Shown here: positions 63,913-64,000 of the stretch, piece by piece
Layout of the letters: each line of letters opens with the position of its first letter
How positions within the stretch are numbered: the stretch's first letter is position 1
Source of the DNA: Haliotis rubra
Taxonomy: Eukaryota
Length of the DNA stretch: 64,000 nucleotides
Assembly (NCBI RefSeq): GCF_003918875.1
Contig: NW_025767034.1
Coordinates: 1-64,000, forward strand
Direction of reading: 5' to 3'
Notes under the pieces: model-generated
Database searches by the model: none
The model's input: the letters and a program-made list of their open reading frames with translations, nothing else
Told to the model about the DNA's origin: nothing
Translations under genes and position numbers: made by a program

Positions 63913-64000
63913 GGGGCGGTGGGCGAACTGGCTAAGGCGCCAGGCTAGTGATCCAGCGAGGTTGAGGTTTGGGGATCGAGCCCACCTGTGACCGGGTGTA
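63913..64000 (+). mobile_element. tRNA-like SINE head truncated by the window end
   Basis: ggggcggtgggcgaactggctaaggcg A-box-like and ggatcgagccc B-box-like motifs. Confidence 0.45.

Overview
Eukaryotic, AT-rich invertebrate genomic DNA. The SINE families suggest a mollusc, probably a gastropod such as abalone (inference). The assembly is visibly indel-rich and has one 155-N gap. Right half: most of a spliced FMR1/FXR (fragile-X family RNA-binding protein) gene on the minus strand, running from the Agenet-2 exon at 57.4 kb through KH0, KH1, KH2 and the RG-rich exons to the last coding exon at about 42.8 kb, probably followed by a long 3' UTR. Its first exons were not found in the window. One of its introns starts with a 46-bp minisatellite built from the exon end plus the splice donor, giving 14 tandem donors. 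Left half: a multi-exon plus-strand gene with a Schlafen-like SWADL/linker domain and a helicase whose Walker A lacks the lysine, with its core tandemly duplicated (about 2.5 kb), and two tandem B30.2/PRY-SPRY coding exons. Together these may form an innate-immunity neighbourhood. The rest is mobile DNA and repeats: four Tc1/mariner copies, MITEs, CR1-, Rex1- and L2-like LINE fragments, three or four SINE families, Helentron-like elements, satellites, microsatellites and a 2-kb pyrimidine-rich low-complexity tract. All homology calls come from manual translation and motif recognition; no database searches were run.
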